64,000 nucleotides of DNA from Perna viridis. Lineage: Eukaryota. Made by a program: the position numbers and the translations under genes. Positions 1 through 13,920 of this stretch are shown here, piece by piece. The stretch's first letter is position 1; every line of letters begins with the position of its first letter. Below the pieces are notes generated by a model. That model was not told the origin of the DNA, did no database searches, and worked only from the letters and a program-made list of their open reading frames with translations. Location of the stretch: the NCBI GenBank assembly GCA_037379345.1, contig CM074518.1, forward strand, positions 21,886,001 to 21,950,000. The letters are read 5' to 3'.

Positions 1-321
1 AAACTTTTCAGTGATATGGTACTTCATGTTACAATTTTATATAGGTTCTCACCTTAAAACTTATTGTTTCTAAACAAAACAATTATGGACATCGATAAGA
101 TCGGGATACAGTTAAACATGTTTTTTTTTGTTATTTTTATGTGATAGTATTAAAATACATTTTTAAATTATAATTCAGCATGAGAAATTATATTAGCTAT
201 AATATATCGGTTTCAATTTTGTTTTGGGCGAGTATTGCTTTTAACTTTGGATTATTCAATAGGAAAAGCGTTATTTAATTCTATATTTGAACTTTTATAT
301 GTAACTTAATATCTTATAAAG

Positions 322-3300
322 GTCAGATAGGACAAGGAGCCGTAGACAGCCATGTTTATGAGGAGGAAGCGTCTGGTCCTGTTTACTTTGAAGTTGTAGA
401 CCGACCACCATCAAATTCGTATACAGTCCTACCTTCGGTATGTAGACTTTTTCATTCAAATCATAAAATGACGTATTCGAATGATTTTTGCAAAAATATT
501 AGTGTTCAAGTTCATACACCTAATGTGACCATTTTACATTGCATATTTCCTATTATATTAGATGTCTGTATTCTGTCTGAAGTCTGTGACTAATTTGAAT
601 CGTTAAGTGCTATCGAAAAGATCAAATTTAAAGGAGAAAAACGTCAGAAGAAGGAAAATGAAACGAGAAACAAACTTTAAAGAGATGAAATGAAATGTAA
701 GAAGTGTTAAGCTTTATACAAATTGAAGGCTATGAAATAGGTAATATATCCTAGTTTTCGCTCATTCATTGAGTGGTACGAACGTACGTCAAGGTTATTA
801 TATCGGAAATATCTGAAAATGTCCCAATCGAACTGAATCTGGTCGGTCGGTAATAAATTATTAGTACTATTATTGTATTATCAACGGAAAAAAATGCTTA
901 AGTAATTTTGTTTTCCTTTATCATATTATGAAGAACACAACAGAAAATCAGATTCATTATCATACCCAAACAGAACCACCAGCCCTTCCAAGTCGTGGCA
1001 GCGATACGTTCAATCACATAAGTAGCTTAGAGGACCAGTTCAAGGTAAACATGACAGAGTTGTCAGTACAAAAAACATTCTGGCAATATATTGTTTCGGT
1101 TACTTATATTTCGAAGCGTGAAACATTTTTGCCCCTATTATTTGATGAATAACTATATTTTGAAATATTCTTGTTTGAATATATGTCTTTGTTCAAGATG
1201 TCTTTATCAGAAATGTCTTTCATTGTTTTAGTTTTGTTCGCATAGGATAATTTAGGAAAAGATAAATAATTAAAGAATATGTATATAGCAATATTGAATG
1301 TGTTTGTTGCTTCATTTTCTGTTTCAAACATAATTTACTATAGGTTTTAAAAGCAGTGTCTGTTGAAGATGGTTATGAGGTTTTGAACCGATCTAGAGAA
1401 GGTAATTTAGCATGTTGATACGAGGTTTTGTCTGTAAATCATTAACCATCAGACATGAATTTAACTCCGAAATTTACTCCGGAAAAGAAGATGTCGAGTA
1501 ATTAAGGAAAAGCAACGGAACTATGTTTCGATGGTAGTCAAAAGAATACAATCCACTGATAACGACTAGATACACACAAAAATGAACATGAAATAACAAA
1601 AATGACGCATATAAAGAAACAAAAGAAAATGAGCAACATAGACTCCACTAAAAACAAGGAGCATGGACTAGGTAAGCCATCTTGAAACACATACCCATCG
1701 AGTTGCTCATAGAATGTCACGTACGCGCCCACGAAAGATGACAGGAACACTATGACACGGTGAACAAATCGGTTCTCATGGTGCAGTAATATAGATTTAC
1801 AGACATGTAATGCGTTATACACTAGTAATCTGGACGAAATCACAGCAAAATGCACTCTGATGTAAGCCAGGAATCGATTAAATATTCATGTAAATAAAAC
1901 AAAAAACATTCGTGTTTTTAAATACAATCCATATTTGATTTTTAGATGTAAACTTAGATCAAAAGACAACGGTATGTATTAATAATTTTTTTGTGTAACA
2001 ATGTATAAAGAATGGTCAAGTCAAGGAAACTAGGATTCCAACGGTTACTAAAAAACAAAATTCAGGGATAATTAGTTGGAAAAGTACATAGATACACACC
2101 AAAAGAAGATGAAATACCAAAATAAAACTGACAACGAATCAAACACTATTCTCGTCAGAACGAAATAGATATGATGGAAACAACAGCTGAAATAAGATTT
2201 AAACGATACGTTTAATGCACAATTAACTTTGCGAGACACGAGTTTTCGAAAACAAAGACAGAATATATAACACAGTTCGTATAGATATCCGTCATGACAA
2301 ATTCAATTCTTTTTTATTAAACATAGTTATTGTTATTTAATTGGTTTATCATCTAAAACGTGTGTGTGAGTAAGGAACAGATAACGTGATGATATTCCAA
2401 ATATTTGCAATATTTTTATTTAGAAAACAAACTTTATCAGTGGAATTTTAGAGATTCCAACTTCTGAAACCATGGAAAAATTCTGGGAAATGATATTTTG
2501 GCGCAAAATAAAGATCATAGTATTACTGGCACGGAACAACAATCAGGTATATGATTTGAGCATTTAATCGCTGAACCCATGAGTATATAATGCCTTTTAA
2601 GAAATATAAGTAATTAATTTAAACTTAAGTAGTTCATGAAGCTGTATGTTACCGAGGACACCATAAATCATAGCATTTTATAACTTAGCAAAATACGATT
2701 TACTACAAAAGCAATAATATTACTGTGTAGCGCAGGGAATGCCCCGATTTGCTTGGATTGTCTTAATAATCTGCCTATAAGCTATTAATTTCGGAATATA
2801 TTGATATGTCAATGTAATGTAAACTGTTATGGCACTAGTGCAAATATAGCTGTAAGTTAATGCAGTTTTTAAAAACAAGCTTAACCATTGTAATCAACTT
2901 TTTTTATTAGAAGAGTAGTTGTTTAGAATTTATTCCTCTTGGATTATAAGCTTGTGAAAAATGGAATTTTACTCGGAAAATGTTTCTTCTATATTATGTG
3001 AAAATAATAGGATACTTCAATTCATCATAGTAAATGATCGGACGTATATATAAGTTATTTCCAGGATTAATTATTATTCACAGGCCAACGATTTTTGTCC
3101 ATCAACAGACAGGCCAATTACATTGTCAACGTTAGTGCTCAAGTTGCAATCGGAAGAACAAGTTGACGATATTAGCATTATTTCTCTGAATATTACCAAG
3201 CATGTAAGTAATGTTCACCCTTATACCATGTAATAAAATACATAAGTATTATTCTGTGAACAATTTTAAAAAAAATATACATGAAAACATTATAAAGAAA

Positions 3301-6300
3301 CACACATATTATTTCACATATTGAATCCTAAATCGACTAATTTGTGAATTTTAGGAGCAAGAATACATTGCTATGGGAACCCAAATGTCACTTCAAGTAA
3401 CAATGTTCAAGACTGTCAATGTACCTAAACATTCAGCTGTTGATTCTACTTGTGATTTGATTAAAGCAGTGGTTGGTAGAAATGAAACACACGCAGTAAT
3501 TATAGACAGGTATTTTACATGTGCAATTACACTACCATAACACTGTCACGTGATCAGATCCATATCGGATGTAAAGGTTTAAAGCTTGATCCCGAAGGAA
3601 GATATCATAAGATCGTGAACTACTTGTTAACTGTGTTTCTGTTTATTGTGGTTACCCATTTACAGCAAAACTTCCAGGTTTAAACATATGAAGTATATTT
3701 GTCAAATTATTATAACTAACTATGCACCCGGACCATGCTCTCAGTTTAAGGTGGAGAACGCCTATCTACTGTTGAATCGTTGTACACGTTATTTGGTTTA
3801 TTTCATGGTCTTCGTTGTGTGTGTCTGGTTTCACTGTCTAGTCGTAAGCATTGGGTTTTAATCTTTTCAAAGCCGTCTAAATCTTGATTTCCCTTGCAAT
3901 GCTTATTGATTTTGATATATATTTTCAGAAATGCAAAACATAACTCGACGTCCTATTTGTTTTAACAAATCAGTAGAAAAATGTTACAATAACATTTTTT
4001 CGCAATTTTCAAATTAATTAAAAATCTCTTAACTACTTTATTCGTAGTTTTGATTCTGTATTAGCTGATTAGGTGAAGTGCTTTCATGTACAAATGGATA
4101 AGTGGTGTCTAGAATGTTCTAGATGAAAGTATATTTTAAATCGTTACCATTGAATTAGCATTCATCTACAAAATAATATGTTTTATGCAAATATGTACAA
4201 AACATTTATCTATATCAATTAGCTTTATAGAAATAATGAAAACTGTTTGTTTTTTAGCAAGTAATTATAAAAAAACTCTCATAAGACCTTGTTTTTTAAA
4301 AAAATATAGCTTAATGAACTGTACATCATGTACTAAGTTACAGCCCTAGATTAATCCTACGAAGAGGAATGACCGGGCCAGCGAAAGCTATATTTTTATA
4401 TAGCCTAGCAGTCCGCTGGACTTTGTACAGGCGGTGTTGCCATAGATGTCACAGCGGTACGAGTTCGAGTCTCGTGTAGGAAACGACCAAACATTTGCAT
4501 CGCAAATTTGACAGTTCTAACATCGTTGGTAATTTTTCAGACCTTTCTATACGTTTATATATCTTCCCTGTATCAATTTGATCCCATGGAGAAGTGTAGC
4601 AAATAGAGTCGTCACATTTTGAGACGTTTGTATATATATTTATATTCAAAAAATCCTTTTTGACGAGTTTTATTGATAGTATTGTTTGAGAACCACTGGG
4701 TGTGCTTATCAGTTGCTTTTGGAATTTGAACTAGCGTACAGAAAGAGCGAGTACGCTTTCGAAGTAGAAACAGCTTGTTGTCTTTTGTCCTGTTAGAGTT
4801 GTTGTAATCTGTATCGATTCAAGAGTCAAATCCGAATTCAACATATTTTATGGCTCGTTTTATTGTTGTATTTTCCCATCACTGTCCCAGGGTAGGGGTG
4901 GGTTGAGCGTTCATAAACGTGTTTTACCCCGCTGCATACTACATGTGCCTGTCTCAAGCCAGGTAACATGTATTCAAGTTGTTGTCGTTGTTTTGATATT
5001 GTTATTATTTGGGTTTTTTTCTTTAGATTAGGTTGGTGTTGGTCTTTAATGAATGGTCTAATTTCATTTGTGTTTTGGGGCCCTCGCAGCTTGTTTTAAT
5101 GGGATGGGTTTTGAGCATCATTGAAGACCGTGTGGTGACCTGCAAAGGTTTAATTACTCATTGTTTGACTTTTGATGGACGACTGTCTCAATGGCAATCA
5201 TAGCACATCTCCTATTTTTATTTCATACCCAAGCAAAATGTTCTTTCAGTGTTAAATACATATTTTGCTTTTTGATCTAATATGTTGCATCATCCACACT
5301 AATCTGTCGCTCTTCATTAATGCACATTCATTTTGTTACTTAGCAAAAAGCACTTCTAATATTTCAGCAAACTTTCATCCGGAAATATGTGTCCTGAATC
5401 TGGTATTGTAGCTGTGTGTATGAATGTGGCAGTTCAAATAGAGCAGGAAGGTCAATATAACATTTTGGAAGAGGCGATGATAGTAAAAAGAATGAGGAAT
5501 GATCTTTTTGTAAATTTTGTAAGTTACATCGTTTAAGTTGTTTGTTAATTGTGTGTTCGTGTGAAATTTTAATCCGGATACAGTTTTATGAAACCCACAA
5601 TCTCCACGGAGCGGCAGACGTTCGTTTCCTCTCTTACTAACCGCTGCAAAGAGGCCTTTCGAAATTTCCAGACGTTATTCAAATCATACGTCGTTTGACA
5701 GTTGGATGACGTCGCGTAAAATCATTCATTTTTTCCTGACTTTGCAAGATTCTCGCATTTTCTGAGAGGAATGACGCAGCGTCAAGAGTAAATTTTGAAC
5801 ATCAGACACTGTTTTGGAGCTTGCCATCCATCAGGAGGCAACATTTGGACATATGAACCGAAACACACCCTATTTAAAATCTCAATTGTAATAGTACAGG
5901 CAGAGTTGATTTTTGTTGTTAATTTACTCAAACACGGCTTGTTAAAAGTCTTCAAACCGAAAATTGATTTCTAATAAGTTTGCTACTTCTTGGTACATCA
6001 AATTAATACATAGTTATCAGAATGTTCTAATATTTTTCGTTTTTATCATAGTGTTTTATAGTGTAGAAAAAGCAATATAAAATGTCATATCTTTACCATA
6101 GTATTTACGCGTAAGAGGTTTTCGCTGACAAGAATGTAGTTTTTACCCATCCACTTCTTATGCTTTTGAATGGGAGTAGGAACGTGTAAGCCCTTATATT
6201 TACCGACACATATTGTCTTCTGTAACTATACAGCGTAAGATGGTAGACACGAAAACTACCACACATAAATCTGAGTCGTACTTAGATGGTCCGAGATATT

Positions 6301-6519
6301 TAATATGTATTCGAAGACTTTTTTTGGGGGGTATTTCTTTTCTATATTGTATATCTTACATTTCATAATAATTGTTCATCATTGTATGATCTGAATTTGT
6401 TTCAAAATTTCTGAAACAATACGGAGGATATACTCTATGTGGTTTTTGTTTTCTTTCAGGAGGAATTTGAGGCCTGCTACAAAACCATTGACTGTTATCG
6501 AAACATAAATAAGGTGTAA
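322..6519 (+). CDS. 3' part of a multi-exon gene: cytoplasmic Tyr-motif region followed by a degenerate (pseudo)protein-tyrosine-phosphatase domain; 5' end outside window
   Basis: A phase-consistent GT-AG exon chain was read by eye: 322-437 (GQIGQGAVDSHVYEEEASGPVYFEVVDRPPSNSYTVLPS), ~934/952-1044, 1344-1401, 1946-1971 (26-nt microexon), 2424-2546 (..ETMEKFWEMIFWRKIKIIVLL, like the PTP 'DFW.MV...IVML' motif), 3084-3203, 3355-3509, 5368-5518 (..NILEEAMIVKRMRNDLFVNF) and 6460-6519 (EEFEACYKTI..stop, like 'EQY.FCY'). AATAAA lies at 6519-6524. Confidence 0.7.
1538..1760 (-). mobile_element. Fragment of a dispersed repeat family (Penelope-like retroelement end)
   Basis: Reverse-complement similarity to 24735-24900 (..gtccatgctcc..gtttttggtggagtc..ctcatt..) and same-orientation similarity to 33400-33620. 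Confidence 0.5.
4386..4627 (+). mobile_element. tRNA-head SINE copy (A box deleted)
   Basis: Reverse complement of 43068-43320. It has a B-box-like gagttcgagtc at ~4462 and a 3' end gagtcgtcacatt..gagac. A third, 5'-truncated copy is at ~13800-13920. Confidence 0.6.
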
Positions 6520-7131
6520 ATAAAACAAGCTGAAGCATGTATTTGAACTAAATTAGAACTATTTTAAGTTGGCATGTTTTTGAAAAAGGGGTATTTTCAA
6601 ACTGAAATTTGTTTGGTTTGTTTATTTTTGTTTATTTTTGTTTTGTTTTTTGGTTTTTTTTTTTTTTTTTTGTCAAAACGATTTTTCTCCAATAAAATGT
6701 TAAAAACATTTTTCACGCCATATATGACAATTACCAAATTTGTCAAATTCATTCTTACTGCTTTTATTTTGAAAAGGTTATGTTACTTCATAAATTGACA
6801 TCAACTTACTTTGAAACACGGGTGATAAATTAGATAAATCCTTTTTTATAATATTTGTTATAACTGTGATACCACAAGCACGAAAAGAGTCTCAGTACTG
6901 TAAAATTTACTATAAAGACCATCTTGTTTTCCTTATTAAATGAAATTATATTTGAGTTAAAACATACACCCATTTCACTGATACATGTATAAACAAATAT
7001 TCACAAACGATACTGATTACAGTCAAGAGATAAACATATATTTTTAAGCGCCTTCATTCGTAATATATATATATATGTGTGTGTGTTAATCCCAATATTG
7101 TACAATATAATCAAAATGTATATGAGGGAAA

Positions 7132-7175
7132 GGGGAATTTGTTCTGAGTTGGAAACCCCGTTTCTATATTTAAAC
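7132..7175 (+). promoter_or_regulatory. Putative promoter of orphan Ro60 exon A: two kappaB-like motifs plus a TATA-like box
   Basis: ggggaatttg (7132-7141), tggaaacccc (7150-7159), then ctatatttaaa. The block is conserved in the duplicate at 10515-10560. Confidence 0.35.
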
Positions 7176-7289
7176 AATAGTTTTAAATTAACCAATGGTG
7201 TAATCTGAAATATTGACATGCGTTTCATGTTATGGATATATAAATGAACGAATGAATCGGTATTAGTGTTGGTCTTAATGGTTGATATA

Positions 7290-7543
7290 ATGGATGAAAT
7301 GGATATTTTTTGTGAACATGAAAACACGTCAAATGACGAATTTTCTTCGTTTCAAGCAATGGAAATAATTCCCCAAGATGACAAATTGACTTACTATCAG
7401 GTCAAAAACAATGAAGGGGGCTATGTGTACAAAGTTACTGACTTAACTCGAGTTTTGAGATTTCTCTGTTTGGGAACAGAAAAAGGTACATATTATAGCA
7501 AAGAAAAAGAGCTGAAGAGAGAAAACGCAGAATGTATCGATAG
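7290..7543 (+). CDS. RO60: Orphan Ro60 first coding exon ('exon A'); probable alternative first exon, with no second exon of its own
   Basis: Encodes MDEMDIF..QVKNNEGGYVYKVTDLTRVLRFLCLGTEKGTYY..ENAECID-R, the Ro60 N-terminal motif (RFLC.G.EGGTYY). It ends AG|gtaaat in phase 2. The start could also be the ATG at 7278 or 7299. The nearest Ro60 exon 2 acceptor is 19447. Confidence 0.8.
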
Positions 7544-10510
7544 GTAAATAACACATTTAACCACAAATGATTTGTTTCTCTTATATCAGAAACACATATA
7601 ACATTTCTAGCAGTTGTACGAAAAACATTTTTGACATTTTATTTAGGATAGGGAAAGATCTTATGACACGTCTGTAACTAATTAAAAAGATCATATCAAT
7701 ACTTGAATTATTTTGGTTTATTATATGTGTTACGTTATATTTGTATTGTTCCAAATTGGTAATTGTATTTAGCCCATAAGAACATCAAAACTTAAATGTA
7801 ATGTGCAAGGCATCTTTTACCGTTTTGTAAGCTGTTTCATTTTATTGGTGACAACCACTGTTTCAAATAGTGAAAATGATGCATGGTCATGCAGTTCCAG
7901 TACGAATGTTTCTTTATCTATCAATACAATAATATCCAGGTTAAACAATCTTAACACAGCAAAACATACTTTACTATAATATTTGTTCTTTCACTTTAGA
8001 AATAATATTTATAAATTGTCTTGTGGGAAGATTCAAGCTTATTTCTCATGTTTATGTTAAAAGCTTTTAAGTTTAAAATGGCGTATTACATAGCTATGGA
8101 AGTATATTAAATAAAGTCATTTATAATTAAATCTACAAAGAAATATTTCCTTAAAAAATACATGTGACCAATATTCGGTAAAAATATACTTAAACCGTGA
8201 ATATCGACTCTCCTTACGTACGATACAAAAAATATTTTTTGTTAAATTTAGTTTCTTTGTTTCTTCTTTGTTTGCTTTATGTTGCCATTTAGCTATTCAT
8301 TTTGTATGAGTTATAGGCTTCGTGTTTGTGTATGTTTATCTGTTTTGATTTGTTTTAGGACTTTTGTATTTTGTTTTTATTTTATTCAGTTCTATTGATC
8401 TTCTGTGGGGTATCTAAACATCAAACCAACATTAAGTAGGAAAAGCAAATTCAATTATATATTAGAACCCCCCCCCCCCGAAAAGAAACATCGGGGTGGT
8501 TAAGGATTTGTCAAATATGAAATATTCTAACATTTAACCTTTGCATTTCACAAGAATTAAGACTGGATTTTCGTGTTTTGAGCGTTTTATTTCCATTTTA
8601 CATTTATTTGTGAAAAACCATAATTTCAATATGGATAGAACAATTTATTCCTTTCTATGTTTTACCGGCTTTTTAACTAATTAATGTAATGAATTCGGAA
8701 TAAAAGTCGTGGGATTTGCAATGAAGTGTTACAATATATGTTTATGATTATACTAGGTGTATACTCAATCACTGTAAATTTGTACAGCATATTATTGAAT
8801 GACATAGAGGTCTATAAGTTTTGTTTTTGTTGTTTAATTTGGTTCTTTTTATCTATGTTAAACTAAACCTCTAAAAATAAAAAAAAATATATATTTCTCT
8901 GTGACACACATTCTGTGTTTTGTTTAATAAATGAAACAGATTGGAATTTTCATTTCTTTGTCGAAAAATATTGTAAGTTCCAAAAGGTCCCGACGTTGTG
9001 TGTATTGTGAATCTATCTGGAAATGCGGATGATAGTCTTTTCATATCAGTTTTTCATGTCATTTTTAAAACGGTTTAATTGTTGTTCTTATACATAAATA
9101 TACATAGAAGTATGAAATGATTTTTTTTTTATTCTGAATTATATAATTATGAGAAATTCAGATATATTTAGTAGGTTTTTTTTTAAATTTGTGATTGTTT
9201 TCTTCCTGATAATGTTTTGTTTGCATTGCTTTGCTGTTTTTATTGTTTTCGTTTTTGTTTTTTATTTTTATTTTTTTATGCCAAGTATGGTACACGTTGT
9301 TACATGAACGATTTTAATAAATTGACTCTGGAATTGAGTGCGTGAAATACGTATATGACTAGAGGCTTATATACCCATCACTTATTCAATGCATTCAAGA
9401 TAGATACAATAAACACTTTATGAACTTGCATTGTATTTCAAATGCATAAGAGGTAAACCGAACATGTTTTCTTTCAATACAAAATATCAGAAAGAGGTGC
9501 TTTATATTTTGATTAATAATGTATGGATGGAAACACATTATACATAAGTTAAGATTAGTTACTATGTAATATTCCTTGTCAGTATCTCTTGATTTTTGTA
9601 GTTTTTGAGGGACCGGTCAATATTTATTGTGGGAACCAGTGTATTTCATATTCTTCTTTTAAAAAATCCACTTGTCTGATTTTTTTGAATTTATAAAAGA
9701 AGGTTCATGTTTCATGTCAGTTGTGCAAAACAAATGTGCGTTCTTACTAATATATTAGAAATAAGACATGATTTGAAGTATGGATGCAACAGAGCATCAT
9801 TGTTTGTAAAATTAATGAGTAAGGTTTTAAATTAAACCTTATGCAAAAAAAACCCTCATAAATTTATTTTGTTCTAGATTACTTTACAGTAGTAAGCAAT
9901 TTAACTACTATCATGACATAAATAAGCTTGAACCTGCCTTCCGAATGTCATAAAAAACTATGTGAATTTTACATGGTTTGAAAGACTAGATTGTTTTGGG
10001 TTTTTTTTTTCCTACTTCATTTTTTGAATGAGTCTTTCCCAAACAAATTAGTAATTAAGGAATGGCTGTTATATTTTTTCCGGTCTATGAAGAAATAATC
10101 TCAATCAAGTTGGAAGAGTATTTGTTTTCTTTCCTTAATAATTGAGAAGCAGATGTATGTTAATCTCCTCATAATTTCATATACTTTGAGATTTTGGTGC
10201 ACGAATAATGATTTGATCAAATCTTTTTTAACACTTTCGGTGTTGTTTATTTCGCTTGCAAATAAATAGTTGCAGAGTATTCGAATTTAAAATACATGAG
10301 CATCATAGTATTTTTTTATATTAACAAAAAAATATGTTATGTCATGTTCATGTTAAAAAATTATCCGGTTTCAATGATTCGTATATAAGCAAAAATACAC
10401 ATGCTCCGGGTTAAAGTTAAATTATTTTAGAAATAATCCTGAATGCCTTCAATCGTAATGTAAATACTTTGTCTATAATATAATACAGTATAGTTGTAAT
10501 GTATTTGAGG

Positions 10511-10765
10511 AACAGGGGAATTTGTTTTGAGTTGGGAAACCCATTTCTATATTTAAACGATAGCTTTAAAATGAACCAATTACTGAACCGTATGCAATCT
10601 GATAGATATGAACTGGTAGTTTGAGAGTTAATGATAGTAATAATGGATTATAGTGCGTGTTAAATGTTACTGACTCAACTCGAGTTTGGGAAAAGAAGGG
10701 GTTTTATTTTAAAGCAATAAGAAAGAGTTGAAGAGAGAAAATGCGGAATATATCGATAGGTGAAT
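10511..10765 (+). pseudogene. Decayed duplicate of Ro60 exon A and its upstream region ('exon B')
   Basis: 10511-10580 matches 7128-7195. 10666-10765 (gttactgactcaactcgag..tttgggaa..aaagagttgaagagagaaaatgcggaatatatcgatag|gtgaat) matches 7434-7549 with a ~16-17 nt deletion and an in-frame taa. Most of the 5' half of the exon is missing. Confidence 0.8.
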
Positions 10766-12639
10766 AATACCTTGAAACACAAATTTAAGTAACTTTTATT
10801 CATTTTTAATTCAACTACTTTCTTTTTTTCTACACACAACAACGGTCTGGATATTATTCCAAGGAGCAAAGGAAAAATACTGTCGTATGTTTAACTGTTA
10901 TAAGATATTAGTAAAATTGTGTTTTGTAAGATCTACTTTTTTATTCTTTTTTATGCGTGTTCATTCATATCTATCTGGATCATCTGTTTCCTTTTCCTTT
11001 TTGTTCATCAATATTGAAACAAATCAAACTTTTTGTTCGCATTAACTGTAGCATCACTCCTTTCATCTGGATATAGTAAATATAGTTTCGTTTAAATCAG
11101 CGAATCAAAGTTCTTTCTTTAAAGTCCAATGCTTACTTTACGAACTATACATTTCCGTTCTATTGTTTCTGGTATTTTATTTAACTGTTTTAACATTCCT
11201 AAGGGAATGCTACTTTGGTATATAATTGTGTTTTTCCCAAATTTAAAAAAAATATTTCGGCCATGATAGGCCGTTTTTCAGTTTCCTTTCCAATCCCTTT
11301 TCCACATATTTGTGTTCCTCCATTTGTTTTCAGTTTTGTCATTACGTCTGAATGTCATAAGTATTGTGACGTCCAAAGTTAATAGTTGTTGTTTTGATAA
11401 TCTTATTATGAACCAAATCCATGAATTTAATTAATATTGAAAATATTACGTTTCAATATCATTTCATCACATTGCTGTGTATTGTGATTCACAATTACAA
11501 ACCAGTCTACAGAAACAAATTTTCTAATCAAATAGAAAATAAACAATGTAAGTGTATACATGAGTACAATAATACTTAACACATGACAGCCCGGTGATAA
11601 TTCCGTTCCACAAGTTTCTCTCCAATATATATTATAGCGATCCTAGGGTCGCATATGATATAGACCAGGGAACCAGATTAAATAATACTCTCCGACAAGT
11701 CGACTTATAATTACAAAATGGGTGCATGACAATTTTTAAAAGAAAAGAAAAAAAAATTGATATACAATGTGATAAAGCTTTTTGAAAATTGGCACATCCT
11801 CTCTGTGTATGAGAATAATGAAAAAAATTGGATTCATGAAAAAGATATTTAAAATTCTCGTATCTTTTCATGAATTGAAATTCCACGTTTGATTTTTTGT
11901 CTACACAGTAAATGTACAATTGAAAATCCATCTTGACTATTATGAAGACCTTTTGTGATAACCCTGTCACTTCTGTCCTTTATTTGAAATTCTGCTTTGA
12001 AGTACCAGTTTCTTTTTATACTCTCAATTGCTATTAGCTTTGAGATTGTGCATGATTTTGTTTCAATTTGCTTTACTTAAGCGGATGCACCAACATTCCC
12101 ACATTTTTTTTATTTCAACCTATACAATCTTCTGCGATTCCGTGTTAAGAGCACTAGCGTAAATAAGTGCTTGAATGAGAAAGATTAAAAATCATAATCA
12201 TTCAGCAACATATATGATATGTAAAGAACTATTAATGATTTTGAACAAATGCTGGATTTGCAAAAAAAGAAGGTCTTAAAAAATAACAGTTTTATTTTTT
12301 TAATAAAAAAAAGTTAATACATAGAAATGATTATGCATTTTGTCTGTATGTTTATAATATCTTGCTGTAAGTATTTCCATGTATATATTACTTTATACAA
12401 CTAGCATTTTCTTTTCCGTTTGTTTTGATTTGGTGTGAACGGTCGACCGCCTTGACACTTTTGGTATCGTGTTGGGGTTAACTTACTTAATGCAATTTAA
12501 TTGCAATGGAAACCAATTACGCTTGTCGATTTATTCCTCTAATCTTAAGAGTTCTTCTCCTTCAGAGTCCTGTTCGGTCAGTATTTTTCTAACAAATACA
12601 CTGACTTAGTTTATCCACGTCATGGATAAATATATCCTA

Positions 12640-12900
12640 AGAACTGGAAGTTAATGATGTAACCGACACTGCTTCCTCAATTTAGGACATACAACTCGAA
12701 CTTAAAATCCATTGGTCACCTAATTAATAGGTATTATGTTTAGAGAGACAATTTCAATTCTAAATAATTAACTTCTGTTATAAACCATCTTCTCCTACAT
12801 ACGGTGCTTACATTTCACAGTTGAGTAAGTGTACTGGAGCCTGCACTAGTGATGTCGATTTTCATAAACGTTGTCTATAAAGAACTAATCGCAAGTTATT
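12640..12900 (+). mobile_element. Decayed Penelope-like RT C-terminal fragment
   Basis: Degenerate coding remnants such as YPKxLEVNDVTDT and 'SPTYGAYISQLSKCTGAC', related to the ISQLIRYA segment at ~24503. Confidence 0.4.
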
Positions 12901-13799
12901 CTGTAACAACAGAACAGTATCGTCTAACTCCGAGATCGCTTCTTATTTTGACTCTTGTGTGCATTCACCACATAGATTTCCACCGGAACTCCTATGACCG
13001 GTACAAAAAGCAGGTTTGGCAGGCCATGAAACCTGATTAAACCACCATTTCATTTGAAACGCATGTACCAAGTCAGGAAATATAGTGGCCATTTTTTTCC
13101 TTTAGCCATGTAACCTATTTGTCTCTCGCCCGGTATATGGCTATTAGTAATTTTGTTATTAGCTTTACTTTGTACATCTGTGAAATGTCAACGTAATTAG
13201 CATATCTGCAAAAAATACTGAAAGAGAATTCAGATACAACATATATATAATAATGTATATTACATAAAACTCCGACTATAGTAAACAAGACGGCATAAAT
13301 ACAAAAAGAAAATCACAAAACACTAAAGCACTTGCAATATAAAATCTCACAACAACAAAAAAACTGTGAGTGATATCAGGTGCCCAGGTAGGGTAAGCTC
13401 CGCCAGCGGTCTATCATGTTGCAAGTAAGTAAAACCTAATAAACGTTAGTTTCCGTAGATTTTCAATGCGGTGAGACGGGAAATCTTAGTGGAGACGTCT
13501 TGTATAACAGAGAAATAAAAACCTTATATCCGACGAAGCCGACAATAAAGTAACAATTGTAGAAATGTGAACATGACCAGGACATAGAAATATATTTGGC
13601 AGTATTCTCACTATTAACAAACTCAAGAAACAAATTACATGCACGACAGAAAGATACTAACTATGAAATGTATTATCCATAGGCTGGACATGTTATAGGC
13701 TGGACATGGTATATCATCACTTAGCAAGGAAAAGTTTACAACTGGAAAGTCAAAATCATCACGATTTTCGTTTAGTTTCGATTTCGAATTAATATGTAT

Positions 13800-13920
13800 A
13801 CGTCTCTAAGTGTGACGACTCTATTCGCTGCACTACTCCATCGGATCATGTTTGATACCGGGAATATAACGCAAGCATATTAAGGTCTGAAAAATTCCAA
13901 ACGATTTTGGAACTGTCACA
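13800..13920 (-). mobile_element. 5'-truncated copy of the SINE at 43068-43320
   Basis: tgtgacgactctattcgct.cact.ctccatcggatca..ggtctgaaaaattccaa..gaactgtca is shared with 43079-43185. Confidence 0.6.

Noticed and set aside
562-740. Possible additional exon of the PTP-like gene
   Set aside because: It has AG/GT boundaries and purine-rich content but stops in the required frame. Exon 322-437 splices in phase to ~934/952 without it.
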